64,000 nt of DNA from Terriglobia bacterium. Lineage in GTDB: Bacteria; Acidobacteriota; Polarisedimenticolia; Polarisedimenticolales; JAIQFR01. The position numbers were made by a program, and so were the translations under genes. The notes under the pieces were generated by a model. That model made no database searches, was not told the origin of the DNA, and worked only from the letters and a program-made list of their open reading frames with translations. The first letter of the stretch is position 1. Each line of letters starts with the position of its first letter. Of the stretch, positions 48,386 to 59,846 are shown one piece after another. Location: positions 128,001 to 192,000 of the forward strand of contig CAVVHE010000008.1 of assembly GCA_963748015.1 (NCBI GenBank), given 5' to 3'.

Positions 48386-48883
48386 ATGACCGCTTGCCCG
48401 AGCGCGAGAGCGGCTGCCCTTTCCCTCGTCCTCGCGCTTTCGGCGGTCGCGGCGGCGGGCTGCGCGCAGCGCGAGACCACGGTCACGACCTACACCCTCG
48501 CGCACCCCGCGACCCGCTCGTGGGTCGGCGTGGGCGCCGAGGACGTCCTGCGGCTGTGGGGCCAGCCGGCGGAGAAGGGCTCGGACGGCGAGGGGGGGAC
48601 GGTGCTCACCTATCGGGCGAAGTCCAAGGTGCAGGTGAGCACGTCGGTGGACGAGCAGGGCTGGGCGGCCGACCGGGGGCAGCTCGGATCGGGTCACCCG
48701 GGGATGCCGACGCAGCACGTGGAGACGACGGAGGTCCCGCGCGCCCCGTCGGCGGTCTTCTACATCTCGCCGAAGGGGCTCGTCTACCGCTACACGATCA
48801 GCTCGGAGCTGCTCGGCAGCGGCAAGGCGCCGGATCCTCCGCTGCGCGACGGTTCCGACGCTCCCGCCCGCCCGCCGGGCTGA
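48386..48883 (+). CDS. Putative lipoprotein
   Basis: Hydrophobic leader ending AAAG-C lipobox; WGQP..VLTY pattern; RBS GGAGG. Confidence 0.65.
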   Translation: MTACPSARAAALSLVLALSAVAAAGCAQRETTVTTYTLAHPATRSWVGVGAEDVLRLWGQPAEKGSDGEGGTVLTYRAKSKVQVSTSVDEQGWAADRGQLGSGHPGMPTQHVETTEVPRAPSAVFYISPKGLVYRYTISSELLGSGKAPDPPLRDGSDAPARPPG

Positions 48884-48910
48884 TGCCCCGGCGCCTCCAC
48901 GCCCGGGCTC

Positions 48911-50815
<1,905 letters not shown>

Positions 50816-51056
50816 CGCGATCCTCCTTGAGGCTCGGCAACCGAACGAATTCAAATAGTCTACCCCAGGTCGGCGAAGGGCCGGGGGCGAGCGCCATGCG
50901 AGGAGCCGAGCGCGGCAAAACTCCCGGGGGTCCGAGACGTACCAAGAGGCGAGGAGTAACATCGTGGAAGTCCGCTCCTCAGACCTCGGGGGCGAATCGC
51001 CGGGAGCCGGCCGCGATGCCACGCGCCGGCGGAGACTGGCCCGGGGAGGCTGGACC

Positions 51057-53795
51057 TTGAAGCTCAGGCTGGCGATCGTCCTGACCCTCGCGGCCCTCTC
51101 CGTGACGTACCGGGGCATGGGCTTCTACATGCGCTACTTCTCCCCGGACCTGCGGACGCGGTCCACGTTCGAGACCGAGTACAGAAAGGGCGCCATCACG
51201 GTGACCACGGCGGGGGAGGAGTGCCCTCGACCGAAGGACCAGCAGGCCGGCTGTACGGACCACGCGCATCCCGGCGACCGGATCGCGGAGGTCTACGACG
51301 GCAAGGGGAGAGGCGGCGCGGCGACCGGCCTCTTCTCGTACGGCACCTACCTCCGCCCGATCGGAAGCAAGGAATCGTGGACCATGGTGGTGGACCGACC
51401 GCTCGAAAGCGGCGGCTCGAGGCGGATCTCGCTCCACATGGCCCCGGCGATTCCCATCAAGTGGACTTTTCGCGAATGGGTGACGAGTCTCGGCTTCGGC
51501 GTCTACCTGCCGCTCCTCGCCCTGGCCGCTGGGCTGTTCATCGGCCTCCTCCGGCCCGAGAACCGTCAGGCGTTCCAGGCGGCGCTCGTCTTCCTCGGCT
51601 TCTCCCTGGTGTTCGGGCAGGACGTGTCGCAATTCCCGCCGGGCTGGAGGGAGGCGGCCCTCGTCCTGCGCGTGACCGCCACCGTTTTCGCGCCGTTCCT
51701 GATCCTGAAGTTCTTCCTCGAGTTCCCGCGCCGCTCCGCGATCGTGCGCCGGGCGCCGTGGCTCGTGCCGGCGTGCTTCGCCGTCTCCTGCGTGGCCTGG
51801 GTTTTCGGGCTGGCGTTCCAGGGCCTGATGGCCTACTCGTTCGACGCGTACGAGCGGTTCGCGGCGGGCCTCGGCGGCAGCGGCGCCCGCATGGTGGGAA
51901 CCGCAGCCGCGGCGGGCATGATCGTCGTCGCCCTGGTCGCGCTCGCGCTGAACACGGCGCGGGCGGAGTCGAGGGACGACCGGCGCAGGCTGATCCTGAT
52001 CCTGATCGGCGCTCTCGCGGGGCTGCTGCCGGTTCTCGTCCTCTATCTCTGGCCGAAGAAGGTGCCGGCGGCGGTTCTCCTCGTGTCGCTCCCGCTGATG
52101 GGACTCTTCCCCATCACGTTCGTGATGGCGGTCGTGCGCCACCGGATCTTCGGGATACGCCTCGTGCTGCGCCGGGGGCTGCAGTACGCCCTGCTCTCCC
52201 GCGGGTTCCTCGCGATCGAGGGGTTCGCGATCTTCCTGGCCCTCTACTTCGCGGTGGGCCCGCTGCTGGTCCGCTACGTTCCGGACTCCGCGCAGAGCGT
52301 CGCGTCCGTCGGGATCGCCGCGGTGACGCTCGGGCTCGTCTTCGGCACGCAGCGCGTGAACCGCCGGATCATGCCGATCATCGACCGCAGGTTCTTCCGC
52401 GACGCCTACGACGCCCAGAGGATCCTCACGGAGCTGGCGAAGGCGGTCCGCCACCTGGCGTCCCGCCCGGACCTCCTCCTGCAGAAGGTCACGGACGAGA
52501 TCTCGGCGGCGCTGCACCCCGATCACGTGGCGGTGTTCCTGCGGGAAGAGCCGTGGCCGCGGCTGTCGCCGATCCGGGACGCCGCCGCCGTCCGCTTCGA
52601 CGCGGGCGAGTCCGGGAAGGAAGGCGGCGAGCGGTTCGCGCTCCACGTGTACCGCCGGAGCACGGCGCCGCGGCCCGTGGGCGCGTGGCGGGAGAGGCTT
52701 GCGCCGGAGACGGTCCTGTTCGCGCGCCGCTCCGTGGCCCACGCGCTCGATGTCTCCGTCCACGGCGAGCCGGAGATCCTGGACGTGTTCGCGGCGTCGG
52801 GACCGGCGGCATCCACGGACGGCCGGCCCGCCGGCGCCGCGGGGTGTCTCGACGACGCGGAGCTGTTCCTTCGATTCGACGCGCGGATCGTCGTCCCGCT
52901 CGCGACCCAGGGCAGAGCGCTCGGCTTCCTCGTGCTGGGGCAGAAGCGCTCCGAGGAGCACTACACGAGCCAGGACCACCAGCTACTCCTCGGGGTGGCC
53001 GAACAGGTATCCATCGCGCTCGACTACAGCCGGATGATCGAACGGGTCGCCGAGCAGCAGAAGCTGGAGAGGGAGATCCAGATCGCGCAGGACGTGCAGG
53101 AGAGGCTCTTTCCCCAGGACCGGCCGGTGCTGTCCACGTTGAAGTGCGCCGGCACGTGCCGGACCGCCCGCGGGGTCGGTGGGGACTACTTCGACTTCCT
53201 GCGTTTGGGGCCCGACCTGCTCGGGCTCGTCGTGGCGGACATCGCCGGGAAGGGGCTGTCGGCCGCGCTCCTCATGGCGAGCCTCCAGGCCCTCGTGCGG
53301 AGCCACGCGGCCGCGCAGGCGGACGACGTCGGCGCGTTCGCGGGGGAGATCAACCGCCACCTGTGCGAGTCCACCGACGACGCGCGCTTCGCGACACTCT
53401 TCCTAGGCATTTACCACGACGACACCCGGCGGCTCCGCTACGTCAACGCCGGGCACAACCCTCCGATCCTGCTGCGGAGCGGCAGCGCGGCGCCGCTCTT
53501 GAGGCTGGTGCCGTCCGACACGATCCTCGGCTGCTTTCCGGAGCGCCGGTGGAGCGAGCAGGAGATCGGCCTCGAGCCCGGCGATCTCCTGGTGATCTTC
53601 TCCGACGGGATCGTCGAGGCGACGAACGCCGCGGACGAGCAGTTCGGGGACGACCGGCTCGTGGACCTCGTCGAGCGGAACGCCGGACTCGACGAGGAAG
53701 CCCTCATGGCGGCCATCCTGGGGGAGGTCGGCCGCTTCCTCGGCCCCGTCCCGCCCCAGGACGACATGACGCTCATCGTCGCGCGCATCCGCTGA
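51057..53795 (+). CDS. Membrane-bound PP2C/SpoIIE (RsbU-like) phosphatase with GAF-like domain
   Basis: Multiple TM helices; VGGDYFD, VADIAGKG, NAGHNPP, FSDGIVEA, QDDMT; TTG start with GGAGG inferred. Confidence 0.85.
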   Translation: MKLRLAIVLTLAALSVTYRGMGFYMRYFSPDLRTRSTFETEYRKGAITVTTAGEECPRPKDQQAGCTDHAHPGDRIAEVYDGKGRGGAATGLFSYGTYLRPIGSKESWTMVVDRPLESGGSRRISLHMAPAIPIKWTFREWVTSLGFGVYLPLLALAAGLFIGLLRPENRQAFQAALVFLGFSLVFGQDVSQFPPGWREAALVLRVTATVFAPFLILKFFLEFPRRSAIVRRAPWLVPACFAVSCVAWVFGLAFQGLMAYSFDAYERFAAGLGGSGARMVGTAAAAGMIVVALVALALNTARAESRDDRRRLILILIGALAGLLPVLVLYLWPKKVPAAVLLVSLPLMGLFPITFVMAVVRHRIFGIRLVLRRGLQYALLSRGFLAIEGFAIFLALYFAVGPLLVRYVPDSAQSVASVGIAAVTLGLVFGTQRVNRRIMPIIDRRFFRDAYDAQRILTELAKAVRHLASRPDLLLQKVTDEISAALHPDHVAVFLREEPWPRLSPIRDAAAVRFDAGESGKEGGERFALHVYRRSTAPRPVGAWRERLAPETVLFARRSVAHALDVSVHGEPEILDVFAASGPAASTDGRPAGAAGCLDDAELFLRFDARIVVPLATQGRALGFLVLGQKRSEEHYTSQDHQLLLGVAEQVSIALDYSRMIERVAEQQKLEREIQIAQDVQERLFPQDRPVLSTLKCAGTCRTARGVGGDYFDFLRLGPDLLGLVVADIAGKGLSAALLMASLQALVRSHAAAQADDVGAFAGEINRHLCESTDDARFATLFLGIYHDDTRRLRYVNAGHNPPILLRSGSAAPLLRLVPSDTILGCFPERRWSEQEIGLEPGDLLVIFSDGIVEATNAADEQFGDDRLVDLVERNAGLDEEALMAAILGEVGRFLGPVPPQDDMTLIVARIR

Positions 53796-53836
53796 TCCGG
53801 GAGGCGGCTCCGGATCGGGGTGGGCGCGTCGCCTCT

Positions 53837-54934
53837 CTATCGCGCGACGGCCGCCGCGGCCTCGGCGAGCGCGGCCTCGAAGAGCGCGTCCCTCGAGGTC
53901 CGCTCCAGCTCGCGGCAGAGAAGGGCGGCGTCGTCCAACTCCCCGAGCTTCAGCGACGCGGGGAGGGGACAGGTCCCCTCGACCTCCACGGTGAGCCTGA
54001 CGATGTCGGCACCCGCGGCCGTCCGTTCCGCGCGGAACCGCGCGGGAGGCTCGCCACCCGGAGCGTCGATGCGCACGGCGACCAGGTCGCCGCGCCCGGC
54101 CGCGGCGTCGCACGACGCGAGCCCCCGAACGGCCTTGCGATCCCGGCGGCGCCAGGCCCAGCCCTTCGAGGCGCGAGACCACGAAAGACGCGACGCGAGC
54201 CAGCCCACGAGGTACGCCGCGGCGACCGTCGAGCCCGTCGGGCCGGCCGGGCCCCCGGCGATCACCTCCACGCCCGCGATGCCCTCCAGATGGCGCCGGG
54301 TCAGCGGCGAATCGAAGAACGAGGCGACCGCCTCGCGCCACCGCTCGAGGCGCGTCCACGCGAGGTCGCCGGCGCTCCCGCGCCAGCGGGCGAGCCGCGA
54401 GAGCGCCGCGAGCTCGCGCAGCGCCTCGGCCGGGTCGGCATGCCGCGCGGCGTCCACGAGGAATCGGTCGGACAACCTCGCGAGCGGCTCCCAGAGAGGG
54501 TCCGCGGCGAACGCCGCGCGCCGCCACCAGACGAACACCGGCGTGTCCTCGACCAGCAGCCTCAGGACCGTGGCCGGTACCAGCGGCAACGCCGAGCGGG
54601 ACGCTTCGAGAGTCACCTGCTCGCTGCAGACGACGGCTCCGCCCGGCCCGCGGTGGCAGTGCGCGGACACGAAGACCGCGAGCGGCTCGGCGGGCCGCGC
54701 GGTCTCCCGCACTCCCGAGAGGACGATCGCCCGGCCCGGGTGGTTCTCGGACAGGAGCGCCACGACCTTCGTCGCCTCGCGGGCGTCCTCGGCCGTGTCG
54801 CACGCGACCACGAGGGTATGCATGGAGGCGCGGACGACCGGCTGCTCCTCGGACGACGCGGCGCGCCACATCTCGGCGAGCTTCCGCTCGACCGACTCGA
54901 CGTCGCCGGCGCCGACCGGCTCGAGGCTCTCCAT
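53837..54934 (-). CDS. opcA: G6PDH assembly protein OpcA
   Basis: RASMHTLVV, HPGRAIV, CSEQVTL, PVFVWW, DLAWTRLERWREAVA; TGATG coupling to zwf. Confidence 0.85.
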   Translation of the reverse strand: MESLEPVGAGDVESVERKLAEMWRAASSEEQPVVRASMHTLVVACDTAEDAREATKVVALLSENHPGRAIVLSGVRETARPAEPLAVFVSAHCHRGPGGAVVCSEQVTLEASRSALPLVPATVLRLLVEDTPVFVWWRRAAFAADPLWEPLARLSDRFLVDAARHADPAEALRELAALSRLARWRGSAGDLAWTRLERWREAVASFFDSPLTRRHLEGIAGVEVIAGGPAGPTGSTVAAAYLVGWLASRLSWSRASKGWAWRRRDRKAVRGLASCDAAAGRGDLVAVRIDAPGGEPPARFRAERTAAGADIVRLTVEVEGTCPLPASLKLGELDDAALLCRELERTSRDALFEAALAEAAAAVAR

Positions 54935-56466
54935 CACAGCCTCCGCCACGCGCGCCCGTCGCGCTCGAGGAGCGCGTCGGCTTCGGGCGGGCCCCAGCTT
55001 CCGGCGGGATACTCCGCGGGCGCCCCGCCCGCCGCGGCCCACCCGCTCTCGATCGGATCGATCCACGCCCAGCACGCTTCGACCTCGTCGCGGCGGATGA
55101 ACAGCGTCGGGTCGCCGAGGATCGCGTCGAGCAGCAGCCGCTCGTAGGCTTCCGGCGGCTCCTGGCCGAAGGAGGTGCCGTACCGGAATTCCATGGCGAC
55201 CGGCTGGATCCTGGCCTCCGGCCCGGGGACCTTGGAGTCGAAGCGCAGGGTGATCCCCTCGTCCGGCTGGATCCTGAGGGCGAGGGTGTTCGCGTCGGGC
55301 CCGGCGCCGCGGCCGAACAGCTTGAGGGGTACCTGGCGGAAGGTCAGCGCGATCTCCGTGACGCGCTTCGGGAGCCGCTTGCCGGATCGAAGGTAGAACG
55401 GGACGCCCGCCCAGCGCCAGTTGTCCACGAAGACGCGGAGCGCCGCGTAGGTCTCGGTCCTCGAATCCCCGGCCACGCCCGGCTCCTCGAGATAGCCGGG
55501 GACCGCGCGACCCCCCGACGCTCCCGCCGCGTACCTTCCGCGCACCGACACGGCGGGGGCGCGCTCCGGGGGCACGGGACGAAGGGCGCGGAGCACCTTG
55601 ACCTTCTCGTCCCGGATCGCGTCCGCGTCGAGGGACACCGGCGGCTCCATCGCGGTGAGGCAGAGGAGCTGGAACATGTGGTTCTGCACGATGTCGCGGA
55701 GGATGCCGGCCTCCTCGAAGTAATCGCCCCGGCCCTCGACGCCGAGCGTCTCCGCGACGGCGATCTGGACGTGGTCCACGTACCCCCGGCCCCACAGCGG
55801 CTCGAAGATCGCGTTGCCGAACCGGAAGACCATCAGGTTCTGCACGGTCTCCTTGCCGAGGTAATGGTCGATCCGGAACACGTCGCGCTCCTCGAAAGCG
55901 GAGTGGATCTCGGCGTTGAGGGCGCGCGCGGTCGCGAGGTCGCGCCCGAACGGCTTCTCGACGACCACGCGCGCGAAGGTCCCTCCCGCTCCGGGCCGGC
56001 CGAGCCCCGAGAGCGCGAGGTTGCGGACGATCGTCGGGTAGGCCGACGGGGGCGTGGCGAGGTAGAAGAGGCGGTTGCCGCCGGTCCCGCGCTCGCGGTC
56101 GAGCCGCGCGAGGTGGTCCGCGAGGCGCCGGTATCCGTCGGCGTCCTCGAACGAGCAGGGCACGTACGAGATCCTCGGCGCCATCTCCTTCCAGAGATCG
56201 AGGTCGAGCGGCCGCCTCGAGTTCCGCACGATCCCGTCCCGGATCGCGTCGGCGAAGGCCGAGTCGGACAGCGGGCGCCGCGCCGCGCCGACGAGCGCTA
56301 GGCCCGCGGGGAGCAGGCGGTCGAGGTGGAGGTTGTAGAGGGCGGGGACGAGCTTGCGGCGGGTCAGATCGCCCGACGCGCCGAAGATGACGACGGAGCA
56401 AGGCGCGGCGGCGCGCTCGCGCCTCAGGCCGGTCCGCAGCGGGTTCGTCTCGAGAGCGGCTTCCAC
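54934..56466 (-). CDS. zwf: Glucose-6-phosphate 1-dehydrogenase
   Basis: GASGDL, EKPFG, RIDHYLGKE, DIVQNH, YERLL. Confidence 0.96.
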   Translation of the reverse strand: MEAALETNPLRTGLRRERAAAPCSVVIFGASGDLTRRKLVPALYNLHLDRLLPAGLALVGAARRPLSDSAFADAIRDGIVRNSRRPLDLDLWKEMAPRISYVPCSFEDADGYRRLADHLARLDRERGTGGNRLFYLATPPSAYPTIVRNLALSGLGRPGAGGTFARVVVEKPFGRDLATARALNAEIHSAFEERDVFRIDHYLGKETVQNLMVFRFGNAIFEPLWGRGYVDHVQIAVAETLGVEGRGDYFEEAGILRDIVQNHMFQLLCLTAMEPPVSLDADAIRDEKVKVLRALRPVPPERAPAVSVRGRYAAGASGGRAVPGYLEEPGVAGDSRTETYAALRVFVDNWRWAGVPFYLRSGKRLPKRVTEIALTFRQVPLKLFGRGAGPDANTLALRIQPDEGITLRFDSKVPGPEARIQPVAMEFRYGTSFGQEPPEAYERLLLDAILGDPTLFIRRDEVEACWAWIDPIESGWAAAGGAPAEYPAGSWGPPEADALLERDGRAWRRL

Positions 56467-56470
56467 ACCC

Positions 56471-57370
56471 TCACCCCGTCTTCTTCACGGCGTGCCCGCC
56501 GAACTCGTTCCGGAGCGCCGCGATGACCTTGGCCGAGAACGACTCGTCCTGCCTCGACGCGAAGCGGGCCAGGAGCGACAGCGTGAGCACCGGCGCGGGG
56601 ACGTCGAGGTCCATCGCCTCCTGCACCGTCCAGCGCCCCTCGCCGGAGTCCTCCACGTAGCCGCGGAGGGACTCGAGCCGCGGATCCCTCTCGAACGCCC
56701 GCTCGGCCAGCTCGAGGAGCCACGACCTCACGACGCTCCCGTGGTTCCAGAGGCGCGAGACCTCGCCGAGGTCGTACGCGAACCGGCTGCGCTCGAGGAT
56801 CTCGAACCCCTCGCCGTAGGCCTGCAGCATCCCGTACTCGATCCCGTTGTGGATCATCTTCGCGAAGTGTCCCGATCCCACGGGGCCGGTGCGGAGGTAG
56901 CCTCCCTCCGGCGCGAGATCGCGAAGGACCGGTTCCGCGCGGCGGAAGTGCGCCTCGTCGCCCCCGACCATCAGGCAGTAGCCGTTCTCGAGCCCCCAGA
57001 TCCCCCCGCTCGTCCCCGCGTCCAGGAAGCCGATCCCCTCGGCCTCGAGCCGCTTCCCTCGCCGCATCGAGTCGTGGTAGTTCGAGTTCCCGCCGTCCAC
57101 CACGATGTCGCCGGTTGCCAGTCCGGGCGCCAGCCCGGCGAGAACCTCGTCCACGACGGGTCCCGAGGGGACCATGAGCCAGATCAGCCTGGGCCGCGAG
57201 AGGGTCGCGAGCAGCTCCGTCGCGCTCGGCACGGGCTTCCCCCCCGCCTCGCTCAGCCTCGCGAGCGAGTCCGCTTTCTTCGCCGTTCCCACCACCGAAT
57301 GGCCCCGGCGAATCAGCCGGGTCGCCATGTTGAGCCCCATCCTTCCGAGACCGATCATCCCGAGTTCCAT
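56471..57370 (-). CDS. gnd: 6-phosphogluconate dehydrogenase, decarboxylating (short form)
   Basis: GLGRMG, DGGNS, TSGG, GHFAKMIHNGIEY, DSGEGRW, RNEFGGH. Confidence 0.93.
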   Translation of the reverse strand: MELGMIGLGRMGLNMATRLIRRGHSVVGTAKKADSLARLSEAGGKPVPSATELLATLSRPRLIWLMVPSGPVVDEVLAGLAPGLATGDIVVDGGNSNYHDSMRRGKRLEAEGIGFLDAGTSGGIWGLENGYCLMVGGDEAHFRRAEPVLRDLAPEGGYLRTGPVGSGHFAKMIHNGIEYGMLQAYGEGFEILERSRFAYDLGEVSRLWNHGSVVRSWLLELAERAFERDPRLESLRGYVEDSGEGRWTVQEAMDLDVPAPVLTLSLLARFASRQDESFSAKVIAALRNEFGGHAVKKTG

Positions 57371-57492
57371 GCGAGCTCCTCGCGGCCATGCAACCCGCCG
57401 CCCGCCTACTTTACCCCCGCGCGAGAGAAGCCGGCCGCCGCCCCTACAAATCGAGCGCGTTCCGCACCATAATGGTCGCTCCCGGAGACCTC

Positions 57493-58359
57493 ATGAAGCT
57501 GCCGATACCGCCCATCATCCTCGCGCTCGCGCTGGCGCTGCTGCTGGCGGCGCCCTTCGCGTTCCTCGCGGGGCGCCGGGGGGGGCGCCACCGCGGGATG
57601 CCCGGGTGGGTCGGCTTCTGGGTGTTCTTCTCCGGTCTCCTCGTGATTCTCTCGCGGGCCGAGATCTGGTTCTCGTTCCCGGTCCTCGGGGTGCTGATGT
57701 TCATGGCGCTCCGGGAGTACTTCTTCCTCGCGCCGGTCCGGCCGCACGACCGGTGGGCGATCCTCGCGGCCTACCTCTCGATCCCGTGCGCGCTGTTCCC
57801 GGCGGTGGCCGACGACCTTTCGCTGTTTGTGGCCATCGTGCCGGTCGGTCTCCTCCTGCTGTTCCCGGTGCTCCTCACGTTCGGCCCGAGGCAGCCGGGG
57901 CTGCTGGACTCCGTCGGGCGCGTGCTCCTCGCGGCGCTGGTGTTCGTGGTCGCCGGGGCGCACCTCGGCCTCATGGCGCACCAGCCGCACGGGCGGCTCG
58001 AGCTGTTCGCGATCCTCGTGCTGTTCGCCGAGCTTCCCCAGCGCGTGGCCGGCCGGCCGCGCCCCGGAGGCGAGATGCTCCGCCCCGCGATCGGCGTCGC
58101 GCTGGCGCTCGTGATCTGCTCGGGCATCGGGTGGTGGCTCGGACCGCTCGGCGCCGTGACGCGGCAGCAGGGGACGATCGCCGGGGCGCTGGTCGCGCTG
58201 GCGGTGACGGCGGGCGCGAGCGTCGCCGACGCGGTGGCGCAGGACCTCGGCCTCGGAGTCGCCTCGTCGCGCTTCGGGCGGGGGGCGTTCCTCGATCGAG
58301 CGATCCCCGCCCTCTACGCCGCTCCGGTCTGCTACCACTACTTCCGGTACTTCCTCTGA
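57493..58359 (+). CDS. Phosphatidate cytidylyltransferase-like (YnbB/CdsA-like) membrane protein with degenerate motifs
   Basis: FMALREYF and C-terminal GRGAFLDR..LYAAPVCYHY resemble CdsA; SPxKxxEG and KD motifs not seen. Confidence 0.6.
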   Translation: MKLPIPPIILALALALLLAAPFAFLAGRRGGRHRGMPGWVGFWVFFSGLLVILSRAEIWFSFPVLGVLMFMALREYFFLAPVRPHDRWAILAAYLSIPCALFPAVADDLSLFVAIVPVGLLLLFPVLLTFGPRQPGLLDSVGRVLLAALVFVVAGAHLGLMAHQPHGRLELFAILVLFAELPQRVAGRPRPGGEMLRPAIGVALALVICSGIGWWLGPLGAVTRQQGTIAGALVALAVTAGASVADAVAQDLGLGVASSRFGRGAFLDRAIPALYAAPVCYHYFRYFL

Positions 58360-58364
58360 TCGCC

Positions 58365-59822
58365 ATGCGCCGGCTGCTTCGAACCGCCGCGGTCATTACC
58401 TTCCAGGCGCTCGTCGTCCGGCCGGTGATCCTCTGGTTCGTGGGCGTTCGGTACCGCAGGCGGAGCCTCGTCCCGAAAGGCCCCTGCCTCGTCGTCGCGA
58501 ACCACAACTCCCATCTCGACGCGGCCGTGCTCCTCTCGCTCTTCCCGCTGCGGCGCGTCGCCCAAGTGCACCCGGTGGCCGCCGCGGACTACTTCGGGAA
58601 GACGTGGCTTCGGCGCGCGATGGCGCTCCTCTTCATGAACGGCATCCCGATCGAGCGCACCGCGCGGGGCGGCACGGACACGCTGCAGCCGATGATCCAG
58701 GCGCTCAGGGACGGCGAGAGCCTGATCTTCTTCCCCGAGGGAAGCCGGGGCGAGGCGGGCGTCGTCGCGCCTTTCCGCGCGGGGGTCGGCCGGATCGTGC
58801 AGTCGGTCCCGGGACTGCTGGTCGTGCCGGTGTTCCTCACCGGCCCCGAGCGCATCTGGCCGCGCGGACAGAAGATCCCCGTCCCCCTCGGGATCGACGC
58901 CAACGTCGGCAAGCCGCGCGCGTACCCTCACGACGCGGAGGCGCGCGACATCGCCGACCAGGTTCGCAACGACGTCCTGGCACTCGCGCCGCCCCCGGCG
59001 CCGGTACCCGGCCCGCGCCCCGCTCCGCCGGTTCGCGCGGCGGTCTGCGGGATCGATCCCACGAGCCGCGGCGCGCTCGCGGTCGCGCTCGTGCGGCGCC
59101 TCGGGGAGTCCGGGCGGACGGTCGGGATCGCCGAGCCCGCGCTCGAGGCGGACGCCGGCGGCGTGAGGGAGCTGGCGGGAGGCATCCCGGTGGCGAGGAG
59201 CCGGGCGTGGATCGCGTTCCTCGCGTGGCTGTTCCGCACGGGCGGGCTCTACCGCGGCTCCAGGTTCGCGGAGATGGTCGAGCACTCGCGGATGGACGAG
59301 TCGCTCGAAAACGGCAGGTCCGCGCGGTTCGTGGTGGACGACGGCAGCGCCCTGGTGGACCTCCTGGCATGGGCCGAGGCCGACTTCTACCGGGGGAAGT
59401 TCGACGAGCGCGACGTGCACCACGCGATCGGGTACCTCTCCGGCGAGCGCCGGATCCCCGTCCGGAAGTGGTGGACCTTCGCGCGAAAGACCCCCGGCGT
59501 GTGGCTCCTCAACGTGTTCGGCCTCGCCCGGCTCGAGGCGCCATCCGTCCTGGTGCTGGTCGCGACGCCTCCCGCCGAGGTCATGGAGCGCCGCCGGGCC
59601 GCGGGAGCGCCGCTCGAGCCGCACGAGAACGAGGAGTTCCTCGAGAAGCTCCAGGAGGCCTACCGGGAAGTCGCGGCACTCCTCAAGCGGCGAGGGGTCG
59701 AGGTGTTCGAGGTCGAGGCGCCCGCGCTGTCGGCGGAAGCGGGCGTCGGAAAGGCGGCGGAGGCCTGCCTGCGCCTCGCCGACGGGCCGGGCTCCCCCGC
59801 GGAATCCGCGCCGGCAAGATAA
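58365..59822 (+). CDS. PlsC-type acyltransferase fused to a nucleotide-kinase-like domain
   Basis: NHNSHLD (HX4D), FFPEGSRG, VVPVFL; C-terminal VCGID.. and VLVLVATPP.EVMERR..HENEEFLEKLQEAY. Confidence 0.75.
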   Translation: MRRLLRTAAVITFQALVVRPVILWFVGVRYRRRSLVPKGPCLVVANHNSHLDAAVLLSLFPLRRVAQVHPVAAADYFGKTWLRRAMALLFMNGIPIERTARGGTDTLQPMIQALRDGESLIFFPEGSRGEAGVVAPFRAGVGRIVQSVPGLLVVPVFLTGPERIWPRGQKIPVPLGIDANVGKPRAYPHDAEARDIADQVRNDVLALAPPPAPVPGPRPAPPVRAAVCGIDPTSRGALAVALVRRLGESGRTVGIAEPALEADAGGVRELAGGIPVARSRAWIAFLAWLFRTGGLYRGSRFAEMVEHSRMDESLENGRSARFVVDDGSALVDLLAWAEADFYRGKFDERDVHHAIGYLSGERRIPVRKWWTFARKTPGVWLLNVFGLARLEAPSVLVLVATPPAEVMERRRAAGAPLEPHENEEFLEKLQEAYREVAALLKRRGVEVFEVEAPALSAEAGVGKAAEACLRLADGPGSPAESAPAR

Positions 59823-59846
59823 GCGCAGGCCACAGGGAGGTGGGGC

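Noticed and set aside
51221..55147. Very long alternative-frame ORFs (e.g. 1308 aa here, 1168 aa at 58338-61844, 1027 aa at 22372-25455)
   Set aside because: Arg/Pro/Gly-rich shadow ORFs expected at this GC content; they overlap well-supported genes and have no motifs.
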